A stretch of 64,000 nucleotides of DNA from an uncultured delta proteobacterium (GTDB lineage: Bacteria; Desulfobacterota; Binatia; Binatales; Binataceae). The position numbers and the translations under genes were made by a program. The DNA is taken from assembly GCA_963724765.1 (NCBI GenBank), contig CAVRVY010000004.1:512001-576000 (forward strand), written 5' to 3'. The notes under the pieces are model-generated. The model did not search any database. It had not been told where the DNA came from and was given only the letters and a program-made list of their open reading frames with translations. This document shows, piece after piece, positions 1 through 12,052 of this stretch; within the stretch, counting starts at the first letter, position 1, and each line of letters opens with the position of its first letter.

Positions 1-2
1 AG

Positions 3-1529
<1,527 letters not shown>

Positions 1530-1562
1530 CGCTTTTGTCTGTGCACCGATGTACTACTCAGA

Positions 1563-1937
1563 TTAATCGATCGCCGTAACGAGGATCAGTGCGCTCTCCT
1601 GCAAAGCCTCGACACTATGAGCGACTTCGCGGTCCAAGCCCACCATGTCGCCGGCCGAGATCACGCGTTGGTCTGCGCCGGCGCTGAAGCGAATGGAGCC
1701 GGAGACAACTTGGACGGCGATTGGACCCTTTGTGCGATGCTCATGCAGGTGGGCGCCCTTTTTGAGGACCATCAGCAGGACATTCAAAGCAGCATCTTTT
1801 ACGAGGCTTGTGGCGTGACGATCCCCGGACTTCCATGCGGCCGCGTCCTTGAGACGCGCAATTTCGTCAGCAATCCTGACCGTGGTCATTCCGCCCGCAG
1901 CGGGACGAAGGGCTTCTCTCCTATGTTCGTTCGTCAT
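1563..1937 (-). CDS. Cupin-domain protein
   Basis: LHEH..GPIAVQVVSG and VAHSVEA cupin motifs; GGAG upstream of ATG 1937; divergent from qNOR. Confidence 0.85.
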   Translation of the reverse strand: MTNEHRREALRPAAGGMTTVRIADEIARLKDAAAWKSGDRHATSLVKDAALNVLLMVLKKGAHLHEHRTKGPIAVQVVSGSIRFSAGADQRVISAGDMVGLDREVAHSVEALQESALILVTAID

Positions 1938-2120
1938 CTTGAAACGCTCCAATTGTGCGCAACCAATTTTTCAAGGCCTTGAGCGAGCAGGGCTTGCCTC
2001 GCAAGTGTTGGGCATGGAAATTCGGCGCGTTCAGAGCCTATACAACACCATCGCACGGCGCGTTCATAACATCCAGAGAGATCGAAGTGGTCGATACCGC
2101 CGCCGATCAAGGAGTTGCGA

Positions 2121-4421
2121 ATGGCAGAAGTTGAAATCCTCTCACCGTGGTGGCGGCGCTCAGCGATCATCGTGATCGTGCTGTGCTTTTGCGTGCTCGG
2201 ATGCCTCGCGAAGCTGGCCTACTCCAACGCACCACCGATTCCCGAGCGCGTCGTGGGACCGGACGGAGCAGTATTGTTCACGAACGCCGATATCGCGCTC
2301 GGCCAGCAAGTCTTTCTTCGCTACGGCCTGATGGAAAACGGCACGATCTGGGGACACGGAGCGTATCTCGGACCCGACTTCTCGGCTGACTATTTGCACA
2401 CGCTCGCGCTCGACACAGAGAAGGCTGTCGCCGAGCGCCAGGGCTTCGTCATGCGGACGGCGCTCCCGCCCAACCAGCGATTGATCGTCAACGCGGAAGT
2501 CGCGCGGTTGCTCAAGCAGAATCGCTACGACCCAGTCTCGAAAACTCTTACCTTGACCGAGGCGGAGGCCGCGTCATACCAGCGGCAGATCGGCCTATGG
2601 GCGAAATATTTCAATGATCCTAAAGACGATGGCGGCCTTCCACGCGATTACATCAGTGACCCTGCGCAGCTTCGCCAACTGACCTCGTTCTTCGCGTGGG
2701 CGGCGTGGGCTTCGGTCGCGGATCGGCCCGGGCATAACTACTCGTACACCAACAATTTTCCGTATGATCCCGCGGTCGGAAACGCCCCGACCAGCGGCGC
2801 CGTGCTATGGAGCGCCCTCAGCCTGATCACGCTGCTCGGGGCGACCGCGGCAGTGCTGTTCGCGTTCGGCCGCTTCGACTTCCTCGGATGGCGCCGGCAG
2901 CGCGGCCATGTGCATCCCAGGATGCTGGCTGGAGTTACGACGCCGAGCCAACGGGCCACGATCAAATACTTTGCCGTCGTCGCGCTGCTGTTCCTGGCGC
3001 AGACTCTGGTCGGTGGCGCCACCGCGCACTATCGCGTCGACGCGGGCAGTTTCTACGGAATCGATCTCTCGGCGATTTTGCCGAGCCAGATCCTGCGCAC
3101 GTGGCATCTCCAGCTCGCGATTTTCTGGATCGCGGCATCGTACGTCGCGGGCGGACTATTCCTGGCTCCGTCGATTGGAGGCCACGAACCGCGCGCGCAG
3201 TATCTGTGGGTCAACGTGCTGTTCGTCGCGCTCGTATCAGTCGTCGTCGGGAGCCTGCTTGGCGAATTCGCCGGAGTGCATCAGTGGATGGGGCGGCTGT
3301 GGAGCTGGTTCGGCGATCAAGGATGGGAATACCTCGACCTCGGACGCGCATGGCAGATCATGCTCGCCGCCGGTCTCGTGCTGTGGGTCGTACTGCTGTA
3401 CCGCGCGATCGCACCGCGGCTGAGCGGCCACGAATCGAGTGAACTTTCCGGCCTGTTCATCGCCGCGGCGGTCACGATTCCGGTCTTTTACGTGCCGGCG
3501 TTCTTTTACAACACTGCGTCGAACTTCGCAGTCGTCGACCTGTGGCGATTCTGGGTCATCCATCTCTGGGTGGAGAATTTTCTCGAGCTGTTCGTGACCT
3601 GCGCGGTCGCGATCACTTTCTACCAGCTCGGGATCGTTTCAAACACGACCGCGTCCCGGGTCGTCTATCTTGACGCGCTACTCTATCTCGGCAGCGGCAT
3701 CATCGGCACCGGCCATCACTGGTACTTCACCGGTCAGGCGCAGATCGCGATGGCGCTCAGTGCGGTCTTTTCGGCGATGGAAGTCGTGCCGCTAACGCTG
3801 CTGACGCTCGACGCCTGGGATTTTATCGCGCTCACGCGCGCCCGCTGCGATATTTGCGGCGAGGAACTCGCCGTGCCGCATCGATGGACGTTCTACTTCC
3901 TTATAGCAGTGGGAGTCTGGAATTTCGTCGGCGCCGGTGTGTTCGGATTCTTAATCAATCTGCCGATCGTGAGCTACTTCGAGGCCGGTACGATGCTCAC
4001 GCCGAATCATGCGCATGCGGCGTTCATGGGGGTCTTCGGGATGCTCGCGGTTGCGTTGATGGTCTTTGCCTTCCGGCAGGTCACGCCCGACGAGCGATGG
4101 CCTGATACGGAAAAGTATATTCGTGTTTCGTTCTGGGGACTGAACGTGGGGCTTGCGATGATGATCGCGGGCGATCTGTTTCCGGGAGGGGTTCTTCAGC
4201 TCTATGACGTGCTGCAAAACGGCTACTGGCACGCGCGTAGCGCGGCGTTCGGGCACAGCCCAATCATGCACGCGCTCGAATGGGCGCGGCTTCCGGGCGA
4301 TCTCATTTTCATCGCAGCCGGCGTGGTCCCGCTGGTGATCGCAGCATTGAAGACCTATGTCGGTCTCCGTAGAGGGACCGACGGGACGTCGGAAAAGGAT
4401 GTCGCGGGCGAGGCCGCATGA
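2121..4421 (+). CDS. norB: Quinol-dependent nitric oxide reductase (qNOR, single subunit)
   Basis: GTIWGHGAYLGPDFSADYLH, SYTNNFPYD, RTWHLQ, HLWVE, GTGHHWY, NHAH, RLPGD; many TM segments; AAGGAG RBS. Confidence 0.93.
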   Translation: MAEVEILSPWWRRSAIIVIVLCFCVLGCLAKLAYSNAPPIPERVVGPDGAVLFTNADIALGQQVFLRYGLMENGTIWGHGAYLGPDFSADYLHTLALDTEKAVAERQGFVMRTALPPNQRLIVNAEVARLLKQNRYDPVSKTLTLTEAEAASYQRQIGLWAKYFNDPKDDGGLPRDYISDPAQLRQLTSFFAWAAWASVADRPGHNYSYTNNFPYDPAVGNAPTSGAVLWSALSLITLLGATAAVLFAFGRFDFLGWRRQRGHVHPRMLAGVTTPSQRATIKYFAVVALLFLAQTLVGGATAHYRVDAGSFYGIDLSAILPSQILRTWHLQLAIFWIAASYVAGGLFLAPSIGGHEPRAQYLWVNVLFVALVSVVVGSLLGEFAGVHQWMGRLWSWFGDQGWEYLDLGRAWQIMLAAGLVLWVVLLYRAIAPRLSGHESSELSGLFIAAAVTIPVFYVPAFFYNTASNFAVVDLWRFWVIHLWVENFLELFVTCAVAITFYQLGIVSNTTASRVVYLDALLYLGSGIIGTGHHWYFTGQAQIAMALSAVFSAMEVVPLTLLTLDAWDFIALTRARCDICGEELAVPHRWTFYFLIAVGVWNFVGAGVFGFLINLPIVSYFEAGTMLTPNHAHAAFMGVFGMLAVALMVFAFRQVTPDERWPDTEKYIRVSFWGLNVGLAMMIAGDLFPGGVLQLYDVLQNGYWHARSAAFGHSPIMHALEWARLPGDLIFIAAGVVPLVIAALKTYVGLRRGTDGTSEKDVAGEAA

Positions 4422-4567
4422 GCGCCGGCTCGTCGCGAACCAGCGCACCGGTTCGGTTCTTCGGCCGCGCCGGCCGCGAACTCGTACTCGTGCTCCACGC
4501 ACCTTGAGCTTTTCATCGAGTCAACTGTGAGCTAAGGACCAAGGCTGGACCCAAAGCGAGGCACACG

Positions 4568-5425
4568 ATGGATTTGAACACGCAGCGACAAAAGGCCGAG
4601 GCTTTCCGCCGTATGCACAACCGCTCGCGCATCCTGGTGCTGGTCAACGTGTGGGACGCGATGAGCGCCCGCGCGGTCGAAGAGGCCGGGGGCCCCGCGA
4701 TCGCCACCAGCAGCGCCACGCTGGCGCATTCGATCGGCTACGCCGACGGCGAGTCCGCGCCGCGCGCTGAATTTGTCGCCGCAATCGCGAGAATCGCGCG
4801 CGCGGTCGACGCTCCCGTCACTGCCGACATCGAGTCCGGCTTCGGGCGCACACCGGCCGAGATCGCCGAGACCGTCCGGATGGTGGTCGAGGCGGGCGCG
4901 GTGGGAATCAATCTCGAGGACGGCATGCAGGAGCGCCGCGGCGAGCTCTACGAGGTCGCGCAGGCGCTCGAGCGCCTTGACGCGGCGCGCGAGGCGGGCG
5001 CGAAGGCCGGCGTGCCGATCGTCATCAACGCGCGCACCGACGTCTTCCTGCTCAGCGTTGGCCCCGCTGAGGAGCGCCTCGCCCACGCGGTGCGGCGCGC
5101 CAATAGCTACCGCGAAGCGGGCGCCGATTGCCTATTCGTCCCGGGTGTGCGCGACGCCCCCACGATCGGCGCGCTGGCGACGCAAATCAACGGACCGATC
5201 AACATCCTGGCGCACCCGATTTCACCGCCGGTCGGCGAACTGGAGCGCCTGGGCGTGGCGCGCGTCAGCGTCGGTTCATGGCCGGGACTCGCGGCGCTCA
5301 CGCTGGCGCGCAATATCGCGCAAGAGTTACTCGGCGCGGGGACATATACGTTCGCGGTCGGCGCGATCAGCTATCCAGAGGCGAACGCGATGATGAAACG
5401 GCGCGGACCCGCGCCACGCTCGTAG
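4568..5425 (+). CDS. Isocitrate lyase/PEP mutase family protein
   Basis: NVWDAMSA, ATSS, ADIESGFG, GINLED, INARTD, AGADCLFVPG. Confidence 0.9.
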   Translation: MDLNTQRQKAEAFRRMHNRSRILVLVNVWDAMSARAVEEAGGPAIATSSATLAHSIGYADGESAPRAEFVAAIARIARAVDAPVTADIESGFGRTPAEIAETVRMVVEAGAVGINLEDGMQERRGELYEVAQALERLDAAREAGAKAGVPIVINARTDVFLLSVGPAEERLAHAVRRANSYREAGADCLFVPGVRDAPTIGALATQINGPINILAHPISPPVGELERLGVARVSVGSWPGLAALTLARNIAQELLGAGTYTFAVGAISYPEANAMMKRRGPAPRS

Positions 5426-5435
5426 GAGGCGCGGA

Positions 5436-6398
5436 ATGCGCGTGAGTGTGGCGCGAAAATCAGACCAGGCGCCGCGCGTATCGGCGCGCCGCGAGGCGTC
5501 GTTCGAGCTCGAGTTGCCGGGCCCGTTCGATCCGGTGGCGTCGCTCGAGATGTTTCGCCGCTCGGGCGATGACCTGCTCGATCGCTGGGACGGCAGGACT
5601 TTCGTGCGCACGATAGCGATCGACGGACGCACAGTCGCCGTCGCCACGGCGTTCGCGGGAACCCGGGCCCGCCCCGCGATTCGCGTGACCGTCGACGATC
5701 ACGAGTACGCCGGCGGGGTCCTCGCCTCTGCACGCGCGACCTTCGTGCCGCCGCCGCGCCACTTTGCGGAATTGCGCCGCGCCGACCTGCTCCTCGCACG
5801 CCTGGAGGCGCGTTATCGCGGCTTCAGGCCGGTGCTGCAACCGAATCTGCTGGTCGCGCTCGTGCGATGTATCAGCGCTCAGCAGGTCAACCTGCGATGG
5901 GCCTGCGAAACGCGACGCCGACTGGCCGAGCGCTTCGGCGACAAACACGTCGTTGACGGCGCAATCGTTTACAGCCTGAGCGCCGAGCGTCTGGCCAGCG
6001 CCGCGCCCGCCGAGATTCGCGCGCTTCAGTTCACCAATCGCAAGGCCGAGTATATCGTCGCCGTGGCGCAGGCCGTCGCGTGCGGCCAGGTAAGCCTGCA
6101 GCGGTTCGCGGCGCTCTCCGATGCCGCGGTAATCGACGAACTGGTCGCACTTCGCGGAATTGGCGTGTGGACCGCGGAATGGATTCTGGCGCGCACGCTG
6201 GGGCGGCCGCGCGTCGTTGCCGGCGATCTCGGCGTGCGCAAAGCGATCGGTATCGCCTATCGCAAGGGCGTGATGCCGTCCGAGGACGAGGTTCGCGATC
6301 TCACCGCGCATTGGCACGTCTCGGCCGCGCATGCGCAGGCGTTGTTATTGCACGGGCTGGGAGAGAGAGAGCTCGAAGCGCTGGCCGCGGCGCGCTAA
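5436..6398 (+). CDS. AlkA-like DNA-3-methyladenine glycosylase (HhH-GPD)
   Basis: ISAQQV, LRGIGVWTAE HhH motif, GDLGVR. Confidence 0.88.
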   Translation: MRVSVARKSDQAPRVSARREASFELELPGPFDPVASLEMFRRSGDDLLDRWDGRTFVRTIAIDGRTVAVATAFAGTRARPAIRVTVDDHEYAGGVLASARATFVPPPRHFAELRRADLLLARLEARYRGFRPVLQPNLLVALVRCISAQQVNLRWACETRRRLAERFGDKHVVDGAIVYSLSAERLASAAPAEIRALQFTNRKAEYIVAVAQAVACGQVSLQRFAALSDAAVIDELVALRGIGVWTAEWILARTLGRPRVVAGDLGVRKAIGIAYRKGVMPSEDEVRDLTAHWHVSAAHAQALLLHGLGERELEALAAAR

Positions 6399-6550
6399 GC
6401 GACGTTCCTCCTCTGCTGTCTTGTTTCGGGCACGCTTTGCCCCGCCGCGCACTCGACCACCGTGGCTAGCGCGCCCGCCTAACGCCGACGCGGCGGAATG
6501 CGCTATTGTGCGCAACGGATTCGGGGACCGAATCGCGCGATAGAGGTCGC

Positions 6551-7312
6551 ATGAAGCTTGCCAACAAGGTTGCGCTGATAACGGGCGCGGGCTCCGGGAT
6601 GGGCCGCGCAAGCGCACTGCTGTTCGCGCTCGAGGGCGCCAAAGTCGGCGTCGTCGATATCGACCGGCACGCGGCCGCCCAGACCGCGCGCGAGATCGAG
6701 ACGGCCGGCGGCAAGGCGATCGCGCTCGGCGCCGACGTCTCAAAAAAGGAAGACGCACAGGCGATGGTCGCCGCGACGGTCGAAAAACTGGGCGTGCCGG
6801 ACATCGTGTACAACAACGCCGGGATCGAGGGCGAGAGCGCGTTCATGGCACAGCTCAGCGAGGACGCCTTCGACCGGGTGATCGCGGTCAACTTGCGCGG
6901 CGTATGGCTCGGGATGAAGTACGCACTGCCGCACATGGTGAAGAAGGGCGGCGGCTCGATCATCAACACCGCCTCGATCGCGGGCATGGTGGCGATCCGC
7001 GGCGCGACCACCTACTGCGCGGCCAAGGCCGGCGTGATCGCGCTCACCCGCGTCGCCGCGCTCGAATATGGCCGCTACAATATCCGCGTCAACTGCATCT
7101 GCCCCGGCACGATCGATACGCCGATGGTAAGGCGCATCCATGGCGCGGAAGGTGAGTTGCCGCAGCGCGCGCTGGGGCCGTCCGCGTCGGTGCTGGGCCG
7201 CGCGGCCGAACCCGAGGAGATTGCCAGGATGGCGCTATTCCTGGGGAGCGACGATTCGTCGTTCGCAACCGGCGCACCGTTCGTGGTCGACGGCGGATGG
7301 ACGGTCGCCTGA
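6551..7312 (+). CDS. Short-chain dehydrogenase/reductase
   Basis: TGAGSGMG, NNAG, YCAAK, VDGG. Confidence 0.92.
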   Translation: MKLANKVALITGAGSGMGRASALLFALEGAKVGVVDIDRHAAAQTAREIETAGGKAIALGADVSKKEDAQAMVAATVEKLGVPDIVYNNAGIEGESAFMAQLSEDAFDRVIAVNLRGVWLGMKYALPHMVKKGGGSIINTASIAGMVAIRGATTYCAAKAGVIALTRVAALEYGRYNIRVNCICPGTIDTPMVRRIHGAEGELPQRALGPSASVLGRAAEPEEIARMALFLGSDDSSFATGAPFVVDGGWTVA

Positions 7313-7369
7313 GCAAGCGTGGCAGCGGCGGCGCCGCATCAATCGCGGCATAAAGAGGAGAAACTCACG

Positions 7370-8440
7370 ATGGCATCAGCGGGCGAGATCGACAGGGAAA
7401 AAGCCAAACAGGTCGCGCAACAGATCATGGGCGACGTCGCGAGCGCGATGCACAGCGCGATGAGTTTTATCGGCGACCGGCTCGGCCTGTTCAAGGCGAT
7501 GAAGGACGCCGGACCGCTCACGGTCGAACAGCTCGCCGCGAAGACCGGACTCAACCAGCGTTACCTGCAGGAATGGCTGAACTCGATGGCGGCGGCGCAG
7601 TACCTCGAATACAACCCGTCCGGGCCTACCTACCTGCTCACCCCCGAGTACGCGGTAGCGCTGGCGGAGGAGGGCTCGCCCTACTTCGTGGGTTCGTATT
7701 TCCAGGTCGTGCAGGCGACAATGTCGGTCGCGCCCAAGGTGGCCGAGGCGTTTCGCACCGGCGGCGGACTCACTCAGGCCGACTATCCGACGTGGATGTT
7801 CGAGGCGACCGAGCGCAATTCGCTGCCACGCTACCAGTTCAAGCTCGCGCGCAAATGGATTCCGGCGATGCCACAAGTGGTTGAGCGCCTGCAGCGCGGC
7901 GGGGTCGCGGCGGACGTCGGATGCGGCGGCGGGCGCGCGGCGATCCTGATGGCCAAGGCATTCCCGAACTCGCGCGTGTTCGGCTTCGATCTCCACGCCG
8001 AGTCGATCGAGCGCGCGCGGCGCAATGCAGCCGAGGCCGGCGTCGCCGATCGCGTAACCTTCGAGGTTGCCAACGGGTCGCAGCTACCCGCCAACAAATT
8101 CGACCTCGTCACGACTTTCGACGTCGTCCATGATTCGGTCGATCCGGTCGGGCTGATGCGTTCGATCGGCCGCTCGCTGACGTCCGGCGGCACCTACCTC
8201 GTGCAGGAAATCAACGTCTCGTCCAAGGTCGAAGAAAACGTCAAACCGATGGGCAAGCTGATTTACTCGGTCAGCACGCTCTACTGCATGACCACGTCGC
8301 TGGCGCATGGCGGCGCGGGAATCGGCGCCGCGATGGGCGAACCCAAGGCGCGCGAACTGGCGGCCGCCTCCGGCTTCACGCATTTCCGCAAGCTCCCCAT
8401 CGAGGATGAGTTCGCGGTCCTCTACGAGCTGATGGTCTAG
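7370..8440 (+). CDS. Class I SAM methyltransferase with N-terminal winged helix (Rv2258c-like)
   Basis: IGDRLGLF..RYLQEWL N-terminus, ADVGCGGG, TFDVVHD, STLYCM; GAGGAG RBS. Confidence 0.88.
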   Translation: MASAGEIDREKAKQVAQQIMGDVASAMHSAMSFIGDRLGLFKAMKDAGPLTVEQLAAKTGLNQRYLQEWLNSMAAAQYLEYNPSGPTYLLTPEYAVALAEEGSPYFVGSYFQVVQATMSVAPKVAEAFRTGGGLTQADYPTWMFEATERNSLPRYQFKLARKWIPAMPQVVERLQRGGVAADVGCGGGRAAILMAKAFPNSRVFGFDLHAESIERARRNAAEAGVADRVTFEVANGSQLPANKFDLVTTFDVVHDSVDPVGLMRSIGRSLTSGGTYLVQEINVSSKVEENVKPMGKLIYSVSTLYCMTTSLAHGGAGIGAAMGEPKARELAAASGFTHFRKLPIEDEFAVLYELMV

Positions 8441-8468
8441 CGGGACACCGGACGAAACGAGGCAATCG

Positions 8469-9365
8469 TCAGGCCGGCGCGATCTCGCCCATCCGGCCCT
8501 CGCGGTAATCCTCGAACGCTTTGATGATCTCTTCCTTCGTATTCATCACGAAGGGACCATAGCGTGCGACCGGCTCGCGCAGCGGCACGCCGGCGATCAG
8601 CAGGACTTCGAGCGGTTCGCTTGCGCTCGGGGGCACCTCGATCGAAACCGCATCGCCATCGTCTGCGAACATCACCATCTGATGTTCGGCCGTGCCCTTC
8701 TCGTCGCGGCCCAGGCGACCCTCGCCACTGAAGACGTAGGCGAAGGCGTTGTACCCGGCGGGCACCGGTTGCACGACGCGCGCGCCGGGCTTGAGCGTCC
8801 AATGCAGATAAAAGATCGGCGTACGCGTGTTGATCACCGCTTTCACGCCCATCGCTTCGCCCGCGATCACGCGCACCGTCGCCTTGCCGTCGGCGCTGGT
8901 GGCGGTGGGAATGCTGGCCGCGGGAATCTCCTGGTAGTGCGGGCGGATCATCTTGTCGCGCTGCGGCAGGTTGACCCATAGCTGAAAGCCATGCATCCGG
9001 CCGCCCTGGCGCTGGAAGTCCTCGGCCGGCATCTCGGAATGCACCACGCCGGCCCCGGCCGTCATCCATTGCACGTCGCCCGGCCCCAGGCGCCCGGCAT
9101 TGCCGTGCGAGTCGCGATGCTCCATCTTGCCCGAGATCATGTAAGTGACGGTCTCGAAGCCGCGATGCGGATGGTCGGGAGCGCCCTTGGCCTCCCCCGG
9201 CCCAAGTTCCATCGGCCCCATCTCGTCGAGCAGCAGGAACGGATCGTACAACGCCATTCCCTGGCTCGGGAACGGGCGATTCACGACGAAACCCGCGCCC
9301 TCGAGCTGGCGCGCCGCGTTGAGGATATTCGTCACGGAGCGGATTTTTTCGTTGGCGGTTGTCAT
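8469..9365 (-). CDS. Pirin family protein
   Basis: DPFLLLD, DHPHRGFETVTY, QWMTAGAGVVHSE, FQLWVNLP, GPFVMN. Confidence 0.95.
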   Translation of the reverse strand: MTTANEKIRSVTNILNAARQLEGAGFVVNRPFPSQGMALYDPFLLLDEMGPMELGPGEAKGAPDHPHRGFETVTYMISGKMEHRDSHGNAGRLGPGDVQWMTAGAGVVHSEMPAEDFQRQGGRMHGFQLWVNLPQRDKMIRPHYQEIPAASIPTATSADGKATVRVIAGEAMGVKAVINTRTPIFYLHWTLKPGARVVQPVPAGYNAFAYVFSGEGRLGRDEKGTAEHQMVMFADDGDAVSIEVPPSASEPLEVLLIAGVPLREPVARYGPFVMNTKEEIIKAFEDYREGRMGEIAPA

Positions 9366-9456
9366 CGCATCGTCTCCTTGCCCTTCAACATAACCATCGT
9401 GTCAAGGGGAACGCCGCAACGCCAACCCTCTCGAGGATCCCGGCCGGACGATGCGG

Positions 9457-10119
9457 TTATTCGAGCGCGGAGGCCAGGATGTAACCTTCTAGCCCGCTTT
9501 TCATCCTGATCTTCATGTAGCTGAGCGCGATGCCGACGACGTGCACCGCGTGTCCTTGATGCACCTCGGAAACTTTCTTGCCCCAGTGATTAGGCGCGTC
9601 GAGCACTGGCGCGTCGTGCGTCAGCGTGAAGAGCTTGTCGGCCGGCGTGGTGACCTGAACCGCTTCAGCCAGCACGTAGCCCTCCTGTCCGCTCCTGAGC
9701 TTGACGCGCAGGAAGTAATGGGTCGAGCCAGTCACTATCACGAACTTGCCCTTTTCGCCCTGCTCGACGTGCGCGCTCCTGCTGCTTGGCTGCGCGTAGA
9801 TCCAGGTGTCCTCTTTCAGCAGCAACTTGCCCTGCGCAGGCTCGGCGGGAACGGACTTGATAGGCGGGGTGGCCGAGGCGAACGTCCGATGAGTGGCCGG
9901 GGGCGGCGTGACGCGATGATGCGGGGTTACGGGCGGCGGCGGCTGCTCCGGCGCTTCGCCTTCAGCCGGCGCGATCGTGGTCGCGGGCAGTCCAAAGTCG
10001 CCTCCGCCCGCTGAGCCCGTCTGGGCCGGCGCCGACGCCGGCAGAATCAACCACAGCACCGCCGCCGCAAGCGCCATCGTCCATGGCCGCGCGCCAACCC
10101 CGAGCCCTCGCAACCTCAT
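9457..10119 (-). CDS. Secreted protein with Pro-rich linker and two SH3b-like domains
   Basis: Signal-peptide-like N-terminus (..PASAPA); two repeats ending VKLRSGQEGYV and IRMKSGLEGYI; start uncertain. Confidence 0.7.
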   Translation of the reverse strand: MRLRGLGVGARPWTMALAAAVLWLILPASAPAQTGSAGGGDFGLPATTIAPAEGEAPEQPPPPVTPHHRVTPPPATHRTFASATPPIKSVPAEPAQGKLLLKEDTWIYAQPSSRSAHVEQGEKGKFVIVTGSTHYFLRVKLRSGQEGYVLAEAVQVTTPADKLFTLTHDAPVLDAPNHWGKKVSEVHQGHAVHVVGIALSYMKIRMKSGLEGYILASALE

Positions 10120-10161
10120 CAGCACCTCTCCCCTCAACCGGCTCGCTTCAACCGTCTCGCT

Positions 10162-11931
10162 TCAACATGCGCCGCACACGGTGCAGCGGGTAACGTCGCA
10201 CGGCTTGGTCTGATGCTCGTAGTGGGCCTTCTTGCGCTCCGATGCGAGAAACCATTTCTCGATATGATGATCGATGAAGTCCCACGGCAGGATTTCATTG
10301 TGCGCGTAATCGCGCGTGACGAAGAAGTCGGGATCGACCAGTGCGCCGGCTCCGTCGCCCGCCGCGACCTCACGCTTGATGGTTTTCAGCCCCTGCCAGA
10401 TTTCGCCGGGCAGCTCTCGATTCTCCGCGCTGAGCCGCGCCAGGATCGCACCGACGCGGCGGTCGCCGCGCGAGACCAGGGTCTGAAAGTAAGCTTCGCG
10501 TGGCGACTCGGCGTCGAGTTCGACGCCCGCATCCAGGCGCATCAGGTGCGAGCGCACCAGCGCGACCTTGCGCTTGAGCTCCTGCGCCTCCCGCATCGCG
10601 TCCCACTGAAACGGTGTCCACGGCTTGGGCACGAACGGGTTGAGCGAGACGCTGACGCGGCCGACGCGGCGGCGCTGCTCGCGGGCGCGGGTGACGATAC
10701 GGCCGACCAGTTCGGCGATCGCGACCACGTCCTCGTCGCGTTCCTCGGGCAGGCCCACCATAAAGTAACACTTCAAATTCTCGACGCCCTCACCCATCAT
10801 CAGCTCGGCGGCGTGCAGAATCTCGGGCTCGGTCAGATTTTTGTTGATGACCTTGCGCATCCGCTCGCTGCCGGCCTCCGGCGCTACGGTGACGCTGCGA
10901 TTTCCGTTGCGCCCGAGCGCTGCAGCCAGCGCCGGCGAAATGCAATCCGCCTTGAGCGACGACGGCGAGAGCCGTCCGCCGCGGTCGGCCACCGCGCCGG
11001 CGATTTCGGCCACACCGGGCACGCTCGCCATCTCGGCGCCGACCAGCCCGATTACGCCGCGCTCGGAAAGCCCGCGCTCGGACTCGGCGATCAAATTTTC
11101 GGCACTGCGGTAGCGAATCGGACGATACATGAAGCCGGCCGCGCAGAACCGGCATCCCCACTGGCATCCGCGGCTCGCCTCGATCAGGTACATGTCGCCA
11201 AAGACCGACTCCTCGGTGAGAATCAGCGACGCGGTGGTGAAGCGGTCGAGGTCATGGATTAGCCGGCGGCTGACACGCGGCAGGCCCGGACCGCTGTAAT
11301 CGACGCGCACGACGCGGCCGACGCCGTCGTAGACCGGCGTGAAGTAGTCGGGAAGGTACGCGCCGTCGACCAGCGCGAGCGCGCGCAAGCGCTCAGAGCC
11401 ATCGAGAGCGCCCGTCTCGCGAAAGCGCGCGACAAACTCGGGCACCATCTCCTCGCCCTCGCCGATCAGAAAGAGATCGACGAAATCGGCAATCGGCTCG
11501 GGATTGAGAAACACCGCTGAGCCGCCGGCGATGATCAACGGATAGTTGCGCCCGGCGCGTTCGGCGCGAGTGAGCGGGATGCCCGCCATCCGCAGCATCG
11601 TGATCAGGTTGAGATAGTCGGTCTCGAACGAGACCGAAAAGGCGATCACGTCGAAGCCGCCGAGCGGCTCGCCGCGCTCGAAAGAGACCAGACGCTCGCC
11701 CCGCGCGCGGATGTACTCGCGCTCGTCGGGGTCAGGCAGGAAAGCGCGGTCGGCGGCGACGCGTGGGTCGGATTCGAAGATATGGTAGACGGCCTGGAAG
11801 CCGAGATTCGCCATTCCGAGCCGGTAGACGTTGGGATAGACGACGCAGAGCCGGATGTCACCGCCGCGATGGCGCTCGAAGAGCACTTTTTCGCTGGCGA
11901 TACGTTCGAGCGCGCGCTTTCTAAGGAACAT
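10162..11931 (-). CDS. Radical SAM protein, TIGR03960-like
   Basis: YPNVYRLGMANLG, RGCQWGCRFC (CxxxCxxC), APEAGSERMR, FVPKPWTPFQW, C-terminal C-x4-C-x2-CGAC. Confidence 0.88.
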   Translation of the reverse strand: MFLRKRALERIASEKVLFERHRGGDIRLCVVYPNVYRLGMANLGFQAVYHIFESDPRVAADRAFLPDPDEREYIRARGERLVSFERGEPLGGFDVIAFSVSFETDYLNLITMLRMAGIPLTRAERAGRNYPLIIAGGSAVFLNPEPIADFVDLFLIGEGEEMVPEFVARFRETGALDGSERLRALALVDGAYLPDYFTPVYDGVGRVVRVDYSGPGLPRVSRRLIHDLDRFTTASLILTEESVFGDMYLIEASRGCQWGCRFCAAGFMYRPIRYRSAENLIAESERGLSERGVIGLVGAEMASVPGVAEIAGAVADRGGRLSPSSLKADCISPALAAALGRNGNRSVTVAPEAGSERMRKVINKNLTEPEILHAAELMMGEGVENLKCYFMVGLPEERDEDVVAIAELVGRIVTRAREQRRRVGRVSVSLNPFVPKPWTPFQWDAMREAQELKRKVALVRSHLMRLDAGVELDAESPREAYFQTLVSRGDRRVGAILARLSAENRELPGEIWQGLKTIKREVAAGDGAGALVDPDFFVTRDYAHNEILPWDFIDHHIEKWFLASERKKAHYEHQTKPCDVTRCTVCGAC

Positions 11932-12052
11932 CGATAAGGCCCTGGGGCCCCATAGAGTTAACGCCTATGGGGCGCCGGCTCAAGTGGGGAGTGCGGCACA
12001 GAGCCTGCGCGAATCTGCATTGAGAGCGTGAATCTTTCACCCGGGGATGAGA

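Noticed and set aside
2121-4421. NO dismutase (Nod) rather than qNOR
   Set aside because: The HH iron ligands (GTGHHW), the EVVPL Glu and the quinol-site His/Asp (AHYRVD, RLPGD) are retained; Nod proteins substitute these.
11947-11973. Hairpin GCCCCATAG-N9-CTATGGGGC as terminator of the fds operon
   Set aside because: No adjacent U-tract; cannot distinguish terminator from operator or chance.
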